DNA from: an uncultured Celeribacter sp.
Lineage (GTDB): Bacteria; Pseudomonadota; Alphaproteobacteria; Rhodobacterales; Rhodobacteraceae
Length of the DNA: 64,000 nucleotides
Assembly: GCA_963675965.1 (NCBI GenBank)
Contig: OY780935.1
Coordinates: forward strand, 1,602,059 to 1,666,058
Direction: 5' to 3'
Shown here: positions 32,705-43,621 of the stretch, one piece after another
Position numbering within the stretch: the first letter of the stretch is position 1
Layout of the letters: each line of letters begins with the position of its first letter
Notes under the pieces: model-generated
Told to the model about the DNA's origin: nothing
The model's database searches: none
The model's input: only the letters and a program-made list of their open reading frames with translations
Position numbers and translations under genes: made by a program

Positions 32705-32948
32705 GATATCTCAGCCGCACGCTAAAGATGCATCATAAAAAACCGTTTGCCCCGTGACATCCTGTCCCGGTCAGGGGCGCTCAGTCGCAGTCGCAGTCGC
32801 GGGCGTCTGAGCCTGTACGAAGGGCACCGCTTTCGTGATGAAGACGGTGCCTCTTGTAAATTCGTGCAGACACCGGCCCTGAAGAAACGCGCGAACAGGA
32901 TCAAGGGCCGGTGCCGCAACCCGGGCGTTGCCGCCCGGATTCGCATGG

Positions 32949-33797
32949 TTATTGACCGCCACCAAGCTGGTGAACGTAGAGAGCCGCCGCGTTGACCTCG
33001 GCCTGCGACAGGCGTTCGCCCCAGGCGGGCATCACGCCGAAGCGGGCGTAGGTCACCGTTTCCTTGATCGTGTCGCGGTCCCCGCCATAGAGCCAGATCG
33101 CGTCGGTCAGGTTCGGTGCCCCCTGATAAATGTCGCCAGTGCCGTCCTCGGCATGGCACACCGCACAGTTTTCTTCGAACACAACGGCACCCTCTGCGGC
33201 CATGGCCGCGTCATGATCCTGACCGGAGATGGCCAGAACATGTTCGACCACCTGGTCGATCTGCTCCGGTTCGAGCAGTTCATCGGCACCGAAACGCGGC
33301 ATTTCCGAATAGCGGGCTTCGTCGGTTTCGTTGCGCACACCGTGTTGCACGGTGTAGGCAATCTCATCGACCGTCCCACCCCAGAGCCAGTCATTGTCCA
33401 GCAGGTTGGGATAGCCAACGTTGCCGGCAGCACCGGAGCCATGACACTGCGAACAGTTCGCACGGAACACAGCGGCGCCCATGTTGACGGCATAGTTGTG
33501 CACGTCAGAGCCCACAGCCACCTCGGTCACATCAGCGGCAGCAAGCTCCGCTTCGACAGCCGCGTTCATTTCCTCGAAGGAGGCAATTTTTTCGGCGACC
33601 TGTGCCCGCGTCGACCAACCGAGCACACCCGAGGTGGCCCCTTTGATCATCGGCCAAGCAGGCATGGCGATGGTGTAACCAATACCCCAGATGATGCAGG
33701 CGTAGAAAATCAGCAGCCACCAACGCGGAAGCGGGTTGTTGTATTCCTCGATACCGTCCCAGGAATGGCCTGTCGTTTCGACTTCTTTCTTGCTCAT
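32949..33797 (-). CDS. ccoP: cbb3-type cytochrome c oxidase subunit III (dihaem)
   Basis: Two CxxCH motifs (CSQCHG and CAVCHA) with an N-terminal TM and the [15 protein letters not shown] motif. Confidence 0.95.
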   Translation of the reverse strand: MSKKEVETTGHSWDGIEEYNNPLPRWWLLIFYACIIWGIGYTIAMPAWPMIKGATSGVLGWSTRAQVAEKIASFEEMNAAVEAELAAADVTEVAVGSDVHNYAVNMGAAVFRANCSQCHGSGAAGNVGYPNLLDNDWLWGGTVDEIAYTVQHGVRNETDEARYSEMPRFGADELLEPEQIDQVVEHVLAISGQDHDAAMAAEGAVVFEENCAVCHAEDGTGDIYQGAPNLTDAIWLYGGDRDTIKETVTYARFGVMPAWGERLSQAEVNAAALYVHQLGGGQ

Positions 33798-33973
33798 GTC
33801 CGCGCCTCCTTTTCGGCGGGTTTGTCTTCATGCCGGAAGATCACCTCTGCCGTGTCGCGATGCTGGCGGCGACTTCCCGGGCGAACAGCCCAGAAAATCA
33901 CGCCGACAAAGAACACGAACATGGCGAGCAGCACCCAGCTATCGGCAAATTCGCGAAGGATGTGATAATCCAT
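33794..33973 (-). CDS. ccoQ: cbb3-type cytochrome c oxidase subunit IV (59 aa; below the ORF-track cutoff)
   Basis: My translation is [59 protein letters not shown]. It has a single TM, an ATGA overlap with the ccoP start, and AAGGAG 8 nt upstream. It lies between ccoO and ccoP. Confidence 0.8.
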   Translation of the reverse strand: MDYHILREFADSWVLLAMFVFFVGVIFWAVRPGSRRQHRDTAEVIFRHEDKPAEKEART

Positions 33974-33985
33974 CTCGTCAACTCC

Positions 33986-34711
33986 TTAGCGGGATGCGTC
34001 CGGGGTGAAGGTCGAGAAGTCGACCAGCGTCCCAAGCATCTGCATGTAGGCAATGAGAGCATCCATTTCGGTGATCCCCTCCTGACCGTCGAAGTTGGAG
34101 ACAACCGCCCCCGGATACCGTTCGATCAGGCCGTCGGTATCGGCCCACGGATCGGCCTGCGCGGCGAAATCCTCTTGGGCGACTTCGATCATCTCGTCGG
34201 AGTAGGGTACGCCAACGATGCGGTGCGTCTTCATCAGATCCTGAATGTATTCAGGCTCGATGTAGCGATCCGCGAGGAACCCGTATTTCGGCATCACCGA
34301 TTCCGGCACAACCGATTGCGGGTTGGTCAGGTGATCCACATGCCATGCGTCGGAATAGCGCCCCCCCACACGCGCCAGATCGGGACCGGTCCGTTTGGAC
34401 CCCCACTGGAACGGGTGGTCGTATTTGCTTTCCGCAGCCAGCGAATAGTGACCATAGCGTTCCACCTCGTCACGCATCGGACGAATCATCTGCGAGTGGC
34501 AGACGTAGCAGCCTTCGCGGATGTAGATCTCCCGTCCGGTGAGTTCGAGGGGCGAATAGGGACGCACCCCTTCGACATCCTCGATCGTGTTTTCGAGGTA
34601 GAACAACGGGGCGATCTCGACGATGCCGCCGACGGTCACGACCAGCAGTGCACCGACCAGAAGAAGCGTACCATTGGTTTCAATGATCTTATGTTTGTCG
34701 ATAAGAGCCAT
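33986..34711 (-). CDS. ccoO: cbb3-type cytochrome c oxidase subunit II (monohaem)
   Basis: [11 protein letters not shown] haem site with an N-terminal anchor. 241 aa. Confidence 0.95.
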   Translation of the reverse strand: MALIDKHKIIETNGTLLLVGALLVVTVGGIVEIAPLFYLENTIEDVEGVRPYSPLELTGREIYIREGCYVCHSQMIRPMRDEVERYGHYSLAAESKYDHPFQWGSKRTGPDLARVGGRYSDAWHVDHLTNPQSVVPESVMPKYGFLADRYIEPEYIQDLMKTHRIVGVPYSDEMIEVAQEDFAAQADPWADTDGLIERYPGAVVSNFDGQEGITEMDALIAYMQMLGTLVDFSTFTPDASR

Positions 34712-34726
34712 GTTTGAAACCCTCCC

Positions 34727-36322
34727 TTATTCGGCCGGAGCCATGGCCGATTGCTCTGCTTTCGCAGGCGCACGACGCACGGTCATGTAGAGGTTGTAGC
34801 ACATGATGAGCGCACCGGTGAGGTAGAGCACCCCGCCCAGAGCCCGCACCACATACATCGGGTGTTTGGCGGACACAGTGTCGGCAAAGGCGTTCACGAG
34901 GAAGCCCTGGCTGTCGACTTCGCGCCACATCAGGCCTTCCATGATACCGGTCACCCACATCGAAGCGGCGTAGAGCACGATGCCGATGGTGGCGAGCCAA
35001 AAGTGCCAGGACACGAGACCGAGCGAATAGAGGCGCTCGCGGTTCCACAGACGCGGCACGAGGAAGTAGAGAGCGCCGAAGGTGATCATGCCGTTCCAGC
35101 CCAAAGCACCGGAGTGCACGTGGCCAATGGTCCAGTCGGTGTAGTGCGATAGCGAGTTCACCGCACGGATCGACATCATCGGGCCTTCAAAGGTCGACAT
35201 ACCGTAGAAGCCGACGGAAATCACCATCATCCGAATCACCGGGTCGGTGCGCAGCTTGTCCCATGCGCCGGACAGCGTCATCAGACCGTTGATCATGCCC
35301 CCCCAGGACGGCATCCACAGAACCACCGAGAACACCATGCCCAGCGTCGAAGCCCAGTCGGGCAGCGCCGTATAGTGCAGGTGGTGCGGGCCGGCCCAGA
35401 TATACAGGAAGATCAGCGCCCAGAAGTGGATGATCGACAGTTTATATGAGAACACCGGGCGTTCGGCCTGTTTCGGCACGAAGTAGTACATCATGCCCAG
35501 GAAGCCTGCGGTCAGGAAGAAGCCCACTGCGTTGTGGCCGTACCACCACTGCGTCATGGCATCTTGAACGCCGGACATCACCATCACCGAACGGGAGCCG
35601 AGAACCGACACCGGAATCGCCAGGTTATTGACGATATGCAGCATGGCAATCGTCACGATGAACGACAGGTAGAACCAGTTCGCGACGTAGATGTGCTTTT
35701 CCTTGCGGGTGAAGATCGTCCCCATGAAGGCCATCAGATAGGCCACCCAGACGATGGTCAGCCACAGATCAATGTACCATTCCGGCTCTGCGTATTCCTT
35801 GGATTGGGTCACGCCGAGCAGATAGCCAGTTGCGGCCAGCACGATGAACAGGTTGTAGCCCCAGAACACGAACCAACCGAGGTTCCCGCCCCATAGTCGC
35901 GAGGCAGACGTGCGCTGCACCACGTAGAATGAGGACGCGATCAGGGCGTTCCCACCAAATGCGAAAATCACCGCTGAGGTGTGCAACGGGCGCAGACGCC
36001 CAAAGTTGCCGTACCCTTGCAGGAACTCAAAGTTCAACTGCGGGAAAGCCAACTGGAATGCAATAAAGGTCCCGGCGAGAAACCCCACGACACCCCAGAT
36101 CGCCGTGGCGATCACCCCCGCACGTACAACACCGTCCAGATAGCCTTCTGGCTTCGGAGAAATGTCGCCCGTAGTTCGCAGGGTGTAAATAAAAGTAATG
36201 GCCGCAGCGGCCATAAAGATCAGCGCATGTACCTGATAGGCAAAATCGCGCCCGTAGTTGGCGGCAAGGCCGAAAAGGATCACGGCGATCCCCAGCACTG
36301 CCAGCTTAATGTAGTTCCACAT
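34727..36322 (-). CDS. ccoN: cbb3-type cytochrome c oxidase subunit I
   Basis: 531 aa, 12+ TM, His ligand context (WGPHHLHY-like [21 protein letters not shown]). Confidence 0.95.
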   Translation of the reverse strand: MWNYIKLAVLGIAVILFGLAANYGRDFAYQVHALIFMAAAAITFIYTLRTTGDISPKPEGYLDGVVRAGVIATAIWGVVGFLAGTFIAFQLAFPQLNFEFLQGYGNFGRLRPLHTSAVIFAFGGNALIASSFYVVQRTSASRLWGGNLGWFVFWGYNLFIVLAATGYLLGVTQSKEYAEPEWYIDLWLTIVWVAYLMAFMGTIFTRKEKHIYVANWFYLSFIVTIAMLHIVNNLAIPVSVLGSRSVMVMSGVQDAMTQWWYGHNAVGFFLTAGFLGMMYYFVPKQAERPVFSYKLSIIHFWALIFLYIWAGPHHLHYTALPDWASTLGMVFSVVLWMPSWGGMINGLMTLSGAWDKLRTDPVIRMMVISVGFYGMSTFEGPMMSIRAVNSLSHYTDWTIGHVHSGALGWNGMITFGALYFLVPRLWNRERLYSLGLVSWHFWLATIGIVLYAASMWVTGIMEGLMWREVDSQGFLVNAFADTVSAKHPMYVVRALGGVLYLTGALIMCYNLYMTVRRAPAKAEQSAMAPAE

Positions 36323-36428
36323 TTTGCGTCCCTTCGTTCTGATGCCCTGTTCCTAGAGCATAGTCGTTCCGCGTTCGACCCACGGATTTCGACAGTTCGC
36401 GGTTTGGCTCACATCCATGTTACCATCT

Positions 36429-36442
36429 TTGATCTGAGTCAA
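36429..36442. promoter_or_regulatory. FNR/FnrL box upstream of ccoN
   Basis: TTGATctgaGTCAA matches the consensus at 9 of 10 positions. It lies about 113 bp upstream of the ccoN ATG. Confidence 0.65.
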
Positions 36443-36619
36443 AGCGCCAGCATTATTGGAATTTTGTCCGAATGTGACGCAGAAAAAGCTTACGAAATAC
36501 TTTTTCCCCGCGATCATCCGTCGCAGCCCCGTTCGCCCCCCGATTGTGAGGACAGTTCAAGAAATTTCAAAGACAATTTTCAAAAATACACAGTAAGTGT
36601 CTGCGAACTTGCATTTTTG

Positions 36620-36633
36620 TTGATCTCAATCAA
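36620..36633. promoter_or_regulatory. FNR/FnrL box upstream of the usp gene
   Basis: TTGATctcaATCAA is a perfect consensus. It is centred about 72 bp upstream of the usp ATG. Confidence 0.7.
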
Positions 36634-36698
36634 AGTTGTTTTCGCACAGCTGAGCGAAAGTCTCAGGGAAGTAACGCATAATTTGAACGGAGGCTGTC

Positions 36699-37538
36699 AT
36701 GCCCTTCAAAACTATCACCACAATCATTTGTGACCTTGACGCGGACCGTCACGCACTGGACTCCGCCGTCACCCTTGCCCGCCGCGAAGAAGGCCATCTC
36801 GAGGTCATTTGCCTCGGCCTCGACCGGACGCAACCGGGTTTCTATTACGCAGGCACCAATGCCATGGCCCTGCAGGACAATTTGCAGCAGGCACAGGCCG
36901 ACAGCCGCAAGCTCGATGAAGCCGTGACCGCCATCCTGCAAGCCGAAGACATTTCTTGGGTCACCAACCCTGTGACCGCTCAAATGGCCGGGCTCACCCC
37001 GCAATTGGCCCATTTCCTGCGATTCTCTGATGTGGTCGTGCTGCCGCGTCCCTATGGCGCAGGCCGTGGTCATGAACATGAGGAAATCCTCGAGGCCGCA
37101 CTCTTCTCTGGCCGGGTTCCGGTTCTGGTCGTACCCGATGGCGTCAGCATTCCGGAAAACTTCGACCGCGTCGTCGTCGCCTGGAACGAAAGCGCCGAAG
37201 CCCTTGGGGCCGTGCGTTCGGCCTTGCCGATCCTGCAAAAGGCCGATCTGGTGGACATCACCATCATCGACCCGCCGCAACACGGTCCGGACCGCTCCGA
37301 TCCGGGTGGCTCACTGTGTCAGATGCTGGTGCGCCACGGTGTGCGGGCTGAGGTCTCGGTGCTTGCCAAAACCATGCCGCGAATTTCCGATGTTCTGGTC
37401 CGTCAGCTGACCGACAAGGATGCCGAGCTTCTGGTCATGGGTGCCTACGGCCACTCGCGGTTCCGCGAATCCATTCTCGGCGGGGCCACACGGCACATGC
37501 TTGAGCTGGCCGATCTGCCGGTTCTGATGTCGCACTGA
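36699..37538 (+). CDS. tandem-domain universal stress protein (UspA family)
   Basis: 279 aa. The second domain ends with the typical LLVMGAYGHSRFRESILGGATRHMLELADLPVLMSH. It occupies the same position as orf277 next to ccoN in Rhodobacter. Confidence 0.85.
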   Translation: MPFKTITTIICDLDADRHALDSAVTLARREEGHLEVICLGLDRTQPGFYYAGTNAMALQDNLQQAQADSRKLDEAVTAILQAEDISWVTNPVTAQMAGLTPQLAHFLRFSDVVVLPRPYGAGRGHEHEEILEAALFSGRVPVLVVPDGVSIPENFDRVVVAWNESAEALGAVRSALPILQKADLVDITIIDPPQHGPDRSDPGGSLCQMLVRHGVRAEVSVLAKTMPRISDVLVRQLTDKDAELLVMGAYGHSRFRESILGGATRHMLELADLPVLMSH

Positions 37539-37561
37539 ACCCATCAGCCTTCAAACAGACG

Positions 37562-37587
37562 AAAGCGCGCCTCCGGGCGCGCTTTTT
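37562..37587 (+). terminator. intrinsic terminator after usp
   Basis: AAAGCGCGCC-tccg-GGCGCGCTTTTT: a GC stem followed by a T5 run. Confidence 0.7.
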
Positions 37588-37654
37588 CATGGGTGTGTCA
37601 AATGGAACAAGAAAACCTGCGTGCTGCCTGCAGGCTGTCGCCAAAACAACAGCC

Positions 37655-38395
37655 TCAGGCCATCATACCACCATCGGCGTCGTCGCCGGTTTCGATCTGC
37701 AGCCGGTCGAAATCGGGAATCACGATCTTGCGCTTGCCTTCCAGCACGATGACGCCATCGCGCTTGAGCGCCGAAATCTGCCGCGACACGGTTTCCAGCG
37801 TCAGCCCGAGATAGTCGGCCATGGCTTCCCGCGTCAGCGGCAATTCGAATTGCATGCCATCGCCAGCGGTAGACAGCGCCAGAGAGGCCTCGCGGCGGGC
37901 AATGATCGCCATCAGCGAGGCAATTTTCTCACGCGCGGTTTTACGACCCAGTATCAGCATCCATTCCCGGGCGGCATCAAGTTCGTCCAGCGTCATTTCC
38001 AACAGCCGCTGTCCGACATGCGGTGTGCGCACCATCATCTGTTCAAAGGGTTTGCGGCGGAAACAACAGAGCGTCAGATTCGACACGGCCACGACATCAT
38101 AGGGAGCAGCCTCGCGTCCTGGACGCCCCAGAAAATCCGACGGCAACAGCAGCCCGACCATCTGGGTTCGACCGTCCTCCATCGCTTGGCTCAATGATGC
38201 AACGCCCGTGACGACGGAGGCCACAAAGTCCATGCGGTCCCCGGACCAGACAATCGGCTGACCAGCCTCATAGGAGCGATAGTATTTGATCGCATCCAGC
38301 TCTTCGAGCTCATCCACATCGCACCGCGCACAAACGGCGCGATGACGGATCGGGCAAGATCCGCATTCCTTGTGGTCAAACAATATGTCGGCCAT
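37655..38395 (-). CDS. fnrL: Crp/Fnr-family oxygen-sensing regulator
   Basis: N-terminal Cys cluster (HKECGSCPIRHRAVCARC), a cNMP-like barrel, and a C-terminal HTH with REAMADYLGLTLETVSRQISALKRDG (the E--SR recognition motif of the FNR class). Confidence 0.9.
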   Translation of the reverse strand: MADILFDHKECGSCPIRHRAVCARCDVDELEELDAIKYYRSYEAGQPIVWSGDRMDFVASVVTGVASLSQAMEDGRTQMVGLLLPSDFLGRPGREAAPYDVVAVSNLTLCCFRRKPFEQMMVRTPHVGQRLLEMTLDELDAAREWMLILGRKTAREKIASLMAIIARREASLALSTAGDGMQFELPLTREAMADYLGLTLETVSRQISALKRDGVIVLEGKRKIVIPDFDRLQIETGDDADGGMMA

Positions 38396-38412
38396 TCACG
38401 TGCTCGCAATTC

Positions 38413-38426
38413 TTGATCTGGGTCAA
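38413..38426. promoter_or_regulatory. FNR/FnrL box shared by divergent fnrL and hemN
   Basis: TTGATctggGTCAA lies in the 66-bp intergenic region, 18 nt from the fnrL ATG and 36 nt from the hemN ATG. Confidence 0.7.
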
Positions 38427-38461
38427 TGCACCCGATCGCTGTTCGGATACAGCGTATCCTT

Positions 38462-39817
38462 ATGAACAAACACACGCAACTCCGCAAGCTTGGGCTTTTT
38501 GACGCTCGTGTCCCCCGTTACACGAGCTACCCGACCGCACCCCATTTTTCCGACTCGGTCGGGGCAAAAGAGGTGGACGGCTGGCTGAAAGCTCTGGACC
38601 CGACCGTCCCGATTTCCCTTTACGTGCATGTGCCGTTTTGCCGCCGCCTGTGCTGGTTCTGTGCCTGCCGGACGCAGGGCACGACCACAGCCGGGCCGGT
38701 CGCGGCCTATGTGGAAACCCTGAAATCAGAATTGGCCCTTTTGAAAGCCCGCCTGCCCGAAGGCCTGACCCTCGGTCACGTTCATTGGGGCGGCGGAACG
38801 CCGACGCTTTTGGAAGCGGACATGATCCGCGACCTGTCAGGAGCCATTCAAGAGGTCGCCCCCTTTGCGGAGACTTATGAATTCTCTGTCGAGATCGACC
38901 CCAATGAAATCGACGACGCGCGGCTTGATGCGCTGGCGGCAGCAGGCATGAACCGCGCCTCCATCGGGGTGCAGGATTTCGATCCGCAGATTCAGGAAAC
39001 CATCGGACGCATCCAGTCCTATGAAACAACCAAGGCGGCGGTCGAAGGGCTACGGGCGCGTGGCATCCGCTCTCTGAATGCCGATATTCTCTATGGCTTG
39101 CCCGGTCAGACGCCCGAAAAGATATCGGAGAGCGTGCAAAAGCTGCTGACCCTGTCGCCGGATCGGGTGGCGCTTTTCGGCTATGCGCATGTACCTTGGA
39201 TGGCGCGCCGTCAAAACATGATCCCGACCGACGAGCTGCCCACGCCGGAAGAACGGCTGACATTGTTCAACGTCGCCCGCGATCTTTTCGTCTGGGACGA
39301 TTACGTGGACATCGGCATCGACCATTTCGCGCGCAAGGGCGACGGGCTGGAAGTGGCCCTGCGCACCGGCAAACTGCGCCGCAATTTCCAAGGCTACACG
39401 GACGACAAATGTTCGACCATGGTCGGGGTCGGCGCGTCCTCGATTGCCAAATATCCGCAGGGCTATGCCCAGAACCAGCCCTCGACCTCGAAATACCAGG
39501 CTGCCGTGCGCGCCGGGAAACTACCGATCTCGAAAGGGCATGTCTTCACGGACGAAGATCACCTGCGCGGTCGGATCATCGAAGCACTGATGTGCGATTT
39601 CCGGGTGGAATACAGCGATCTGCAAGCGCGCTTCGCGCTGTCGCAGGAGGCATTCAATGCCTTCGCAACCGGCGCGGCCGATGCCTTCCCACAGATGCTA
39701 GACTTCTCGGAGGAGCGAATCGTCATCCGCGAAGAGGCCCGACCACTGACCCGGATGATCGCCCGCCATTTCGACGCCTATGACATGACACAGGCGAAAC
39801 ACTCCTCCGCCGTGTAA
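38462..39817 (+). CDS. hemN: oxygen-independent coproporphyrinogen III oxidase (radical SAM)
   Basis: RYTSYPTAPHF and the radical-SAM site YVHVPFCRRLCWFCAC. I placed the start at ATG 38462. The upstream ATG at 38426 lies inside the FNR box. Confidence 0.9.
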   Translation: MNKHTQLRKLGLFDARVPRYTSYPTAPHFSDSVGAKEVDGWLKALDPTVPISLYVHVPFCRRLCWFCACRTQGTTTAGPVAAYVETLKSELALLKARLPEGLTLGHVHWGGGTPTLLEADMIRDLSGAIQEVAPFAETYEFSVEIDPNEIDDARLDALAAAGMNRASIGVQDFDPQIQETIGRIQSYETTKAAVEGLRARGIRSLNADILYGLPGQTPEKISESVQKLLTLSPDRVALFGYAHVPWMARRQNMIPTDELPTPEERLTLFNVARDLFVWDDYVDIGIDHFARKGDGLEVALRTGKLRRNFQGYTDDKCSTMVGVGASSIAKYPQGYAQNQPSTSKYQAAVRAGKLPISKGHVFTDEDHLRGRIIEALMCDFRVEYSDLQARFALSQEAFNAFATGAADAFPQMLDFSEERIVIREEARPLTRMIARHFDAYDMTQAKHSSAV

Positions 39818-40054
39818 GCTTCCCCTCACCGTCGGGTTCTCCGGGCGGTGATGGCCTTTGCAACGACATCGGGACTGCATTTCATCAACCCCTATCGCCT
39901 TGCGGCACGCACCTCATGGCGGCGCAAATGACCGCTGGGCACACTTAGGACTGCGGGCGTGCCAGAACGGTAATCGCCTCACTGGCCGTCCTGCGCCCTC
40001 TTGCCATTTGCGCCGTTTTGCCGGACACCCGGCGCAACAAACGGAGACGCCGCC

Positions 40055-41455
40055 ATGGAACTTATTTCCCGCCTAAAAGACATTACCCCGCACGTCCTGA
40101 CCGGTGCGGACGCCCTGCCCTATGGCCGGGACTGGATCGGGAAATATGAAACCACCCCGCATCTGGTTGTGCGCCCCGGCACCACGGCCGAGGTGTCGGC
40201 CATTCTGGCGTTGTGTCATCAGACCAACACTCCCGTGGTTCCGATGGGCGGCAACACCGGGCTGACCGGCGCGACCGCCGCAGAGGGCATGGTGATTCTG
40301 TCGCTCGACCGCATGTCCAAGATTCGCGAGATCCGCAGCGAAGCCCGTCTGGCAGTCGTCGAAGCCGGCGTGATCCTGCAGGACCTTCACGACGCCTGCG
40401 CGGCGCATGAGCTGTCCTACCCGATGTCTTTCGGGGCCAAGGGTTCCGCCCGGATCGGCGGCACCTTGGCGACCAATGCCGGTGGGTCCAACGTGCTGCG
40501 CTATGGCAATACCCGCGATCTCTGTCTGGGGATCGAGGTGGTGCTGGCGGACGGCCGTGTGCTGGATCTGATGAGCGAACTGCACAAGGACAACTCGGGC
40601 TATGATCTGCGCGATCTCATCATCGGGTCAGAGGGCACATTGGGCATCATCACCGCCGCTGTGCTCAAACTCGTCCCCGCGCCGCGCGCCTATGCCTCTG
40701 CCATGGTGACCGTGCCTGGTCTCTCTGGCGCCCTGACGCTGCTGAACCGCCTGCAAGCCCGCACCGGCGGCATGGTCGAGGCCTTCGAATACATGCCCCG
40801 CGATTACATGGAGCGTCTCGCGCGCTTTCGCGCCGATCTGACCCCGCCACTGGGGCACGACCAGGATCACACCATCTTTCTGGAAATCGCCTCTACCGTG
40901 CCCACCGATTGCACCCCGGACGAAGACGGTCAGATTCCGCTGGTGTCGCAACTCGAAGACACGCTGGGCAGCCTTTTTGAGGAGGGGCTGGTGCTCGATG
41001 CCGCCCTTGCGCAATCCGAAGCCCAGCGCCGCCTGATGTGGGACATCCGCGAAGCCGCCGCCGAAATTTCGGTGGCCGTGCAGCCGGTGGTCATCAACGA
41101 TCTCTGCGTGGCGCTAGATCAGGTCGACACGTTCCTGACCCGCGCCAACACCACCCTGCGCGAACTGGATCCGGGCATGACCACCTGCGTCGTCAGCCAT
41201 CTGGGGGACGGCAACATCCATTACACCGTCTCACCTTCGACCAAAGAACTCTGCGATCCGGTTATGGAAGCTGTCGAGGATATCGTCAAAGACATGCGCG
41301 GCAGCTTTTCCGCCGAACATGGCATTGGCCTGTCCAAACTGACATCGATGCAGCGCCGCAAGGACCCGATCGCGCTGGAAATGATGCGCGCGATCAAAGC
41401 GACCTTCGATCCCAAGGGCATTCTCAACCCGGGCAAAACCCTGCCCGGGAACTGA
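40055..41455 (+). CDS. FAD-binding oxidoreductase (GlcD / D-2-hydroxyacid dehydrogenase family)
   Basis: FAD-PCMH domain (VVRPGTTAEVSAILALCHQTNTPVVPMGGNTGLTGA) and C-terminal SAEHGIGLSK...KATFDPKGILNPGK. The ATG at 40055 is preceded by GGAG. Confidence 0.85.
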   Translation: MELISRLKDITPHVLTGADALPYGRDWIGKYETTPHLVVRPGTTAEVSAILALCHQTNTPVVPMGGNTGLTGATAAEGMVILSLDRMSKIREIRSEARLAVVEAGVILQDLHDACAAHELSYPMSFGAKGSARIGGTLATNAGGSNVLRYGNTRDLCLGIEVVLADGRVLDLMSELHKDNSGYDLRDLIIGSEGTLGIITAAVLKLVPAPRAYASAMVTVPGLSGALTLLNRLQARTGGMVEAFEYMPRDYMERLARFRADLTPPLGHDQDHTIFLEIASTVPTDCTPDEDGQIPLVSQLEDTLGSLFEEGLVLDAALAQSEAQRRLMWDIREAAAEISVAVQPVVINDLCVALDQVDTFLTRANTTLRELDPGMTTCVVSHLGDGNIHYTVSPSTKELCDPVMEAVEDIVKDMRGSFSAEHGIGLSKLTSMQRRKDPIALEMMRAIKATFDPKGILNPGKTLPGN

Positions 41456-41458
41456 GCC

Positions 41459-42409
41459 TTACGTCCAGTCGAAGAACCCTGCGTCGGCGCGTTCCAACAG
41501 CTTTGTCGCCATTTCGACGCCCAAGGCCGCGCCGTCTTCGACCGGGGCGGACATGTCGTCGTTCAGACTTTCCGAACCGTCCGTGCGCAGGATCTCGCCC
41601 CGCAACCGCAGGGTGCCCCCGCTGATTTCTGCGAGCCCGGCGATCGGCGTCTGGCAAGAACCATCGAGTTTGGCCAGAAACGCCCGCTCACAAGCCATCG
41701 CCTGTGCGGTCGGAGCATGGTTCAATACGGCCAGCATCTCGGCGATATGGCTGTCCTGCGCGCGGTGTTCTATGGAAATCGCCCCCTGCGCCACGGCGGG
41801 CAGCATCTCGTCAGCGGTCACCGCCTGACGCGGCACATGATCAAAACCCAGACGGTTCAGCCCAGCCATCGCCAGAAAGGTGGCCTCGGCCACACCATCG
41901 TGCAGCTTTTGCAGACGGGTCTGCACCGAGCCGCGGAATTCCACCACCTGCAAATCGGGACGTTTGTTCAAAAGTTGCGCCTTACGCCGCAGCGAAGACG
42001 ACCCGACCACAGCGCCTTGCGGCAAATCGGCCAGCGCCTTGCCATCCAGTGTGATGAAGGCATCAAAGGGGTTTTCGCGCTTCAGAAACGTCCCCAGCAC
42101 CAGACCGTCCGGCTGTTCAACCGACATGTCCTTGGTCGAATGAACGGCAATATCGACCTCACCGGACAAAAGCCGGTCTTCGATTTCCTTGGAGAACAAA
42201 CCTTTGCCGCCCAGCTCGCGCAAGGCGCGGTCCTGCACCCGGTCGCCACGCGTCGACACCGACACAATGTCGAAGGCCTCTTGCGGCAGATCGAAGGCCG
42301 CCATCAGCAGGTCCCGTGTTTCATAGGCCTGAGCCAGAGCCAGCGGGGAACCACGGGTGCCGATTTTCAACGGTTGAGCGGGGGAAGGAAGCTTGCGTGT
42401 CATGGCCAA
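41459..42409 (-). CDS. hemC: hydroxymethylbilane synthase (porphobilinogen deaminase)
   Basis: [27 protein letters not shown], and the C-terminal cofactor Cys context [10 protein letters not shown]. Confidence 0.9.
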   Translation of the reverse strand: MAMTRKLPSPAQPLKIGTRGSPLALAQAYETRDLLMAAFDLPQEAFDIVSVSTRGDRVQDRALRELGGKGLFSKEIEDRLLSGEVDIAVHSTKDMSVEQPDGLVLGTFLKRENPFDAFITLDGKALADLPQGAVVGSSSLRRKAQLLNKRPDLQVVEFRGSVQTRLQKLHDGVAEATFLAMAGLNRLGFDHVPRQAVTADEMLPAVAQGAISIEHRAQDSHIAEMLAVLNHAPTAQAMACERAFLAKLDGSCQTPIAGLAEISGGTLRLRGEILRTDGSESLNDDMSAPVEDGAALGVEMATKLLERADAGFFDWT

Positions 42410-42517
42410 GGCTTACCTGCGGCGGATCGGCCTGACAAGCCGGGAAAGCGCCCTGCGTGCTTGACAAAAGCGCGCGGTGCAGAGACCAGTGCAGGACATG
42501 ACACACGGGAGGCCCAG

Positions 42518-43552
42518 ATGACCGACAAGACGATCCTGAAAGCGCTGAAAGGCGAGGTGCAGAAAGTCCCGCCGATCTGGATGATGCGCCAGGCCGGGCG
42601 GTACCTGCCGGAATATCGCGCCACCCGCGCAGAGGCCGGGGACTTCCTGTCGCTGTGCTACAACTCCGATCTGGCCACGGAGGTGACGTTGCAGCCGATC
42701 CGGCGCTATGGCTTTGACGCCGCAATCCTTTTTGCCGACATTTTGCTGTTGCCGCAGGCGCTTGGCGCGGATCTGTGGTTCGTCACCGGCGAGGGCCCGC
42801 GCCTGTCGACCATCACCGCAGACGCCGATTTTGCCAAACTCAAGAGCAAGGACGATATCCACGACAAACTTGCGCCGATCTACGAAACGGTGCGCATCCT
42901 GTCGCAAGAATTGCCCCGCGAAACGACGCTGATCGGCTTTGCCGGGGCGCCCTGGACTGTGGCGACCTATATGATTGCAGGTCGCGGGACCAAAGATCAG
43001 GGCCCGGCCCATGCGCTGCGCGAAGGCAACAATGAGCTCTTTGAGAAGATCATCGACCTTTTGACCGAAGGCACCATCGAATATCTCGATCAGCAAATTC
43101 AGGCAGGCGCCGAAGTGGTCAAGATCTTTGACAGCTGGGCCGGGAGCCTTAAGGGCGAGGCCTTTGAGAAATACGCCGTCGCGCCCGCCCGCAAGATCAC
43201 AGCCGAACTCAAAGCCCGGCACCCGGGCATCCCGGTGATCGGCTTCCCGCGCGAGGCGGGCGACGGCTATATCGGGTTCCATGCCAAAACCGGCGTCGAT
43301 TGCGTTGCCCTCGACAATTCCGTGAGCCCGGAATGGGGTGCTGCCAATGTGCAAAAGGATGGCTGCGTTCAGGGCAATCTGGCTTCAAGCCATATGGTGA
43401 CAGGCGGACAGGCCCTGATCGACGAGGTACGCCATGTGCGCGAGGCCTTTTCCAAAGGTCCGCATATTTTCAACCTTGGTCATGGTATCACGCCGGACGC
43501 CGACCCGGACAATGTCAGCCTGATGATCGAGACGCTCAGAGAAAACGCCTAA
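42518..43552 (+). CDS. hemE: uroporphyrinogen decarboxylase
   Basis: [17 protein letters not shown] signature. ATG 42518 follows GGGAGG. The long track ORF (41717) is an antisense read-through of hemC. Confidence 0.95.
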   Translation: MTDKTILKALKGEVQKVPPIWMMRQAGRYLPEYRATRAEAGDFLSLCYNSDLATEVTLQPIRRYGFDAAILFADILLLPQALGADLWFVTGEGPRLSTITADADFAKLKSKDDIHDKLAPIYETVRILSQELPRETTLIGFAGAPWTVATYMIAGRGTKDQGPAHALREGNNELFEKIIDLLTEGTIEYLDQQIQAGAEVVKIFDSWAGSLKGEAFEKYAVAPARKITAELKARHPGIPVIGFPREAGDGYIGFHAKTGVDCVALDNSVSPEWGAANVQKDGCVQGNLASSHMVTGGQALIDEVRHVREAFSKGPHIFNLGHGITPDADPDNVSLMIETLRENA

Positions 43553-43557
43553 ATGAC

Positions 43558-43586
43558 AAAGCCCCGCCTGAAGCGGGGCTTTTTTC
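43558..43586. terminator. bidirectional intrinsic terminator between convergent hemE and hemF
   Basis: AAAGCCCCGC-ctgaa-GCGGGGCTTTTTT. Confidence 0.7.
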
Positions 43587-43621
43587 ATCGGCAGGGAGCG
43601 GGTTAGACTGCGGCCAAAGCC

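Noticed and set aside
32782-32799. A tandem hexamer, (CAGTCG)x3, in the ccoP-ccoG spacer.
   Set aside because: It has only three copies and no further periodicity or partner repeats. It is too short to call a functional repeat or CRISPR-like array.
38426-38461. An upstream ATG (38426) as the hemN start.
   Set aside because: The codon lies inside the FNR box and adds 12 non-conserved residues. The conserved HemN N-terminus begins at the 38462 ATG.
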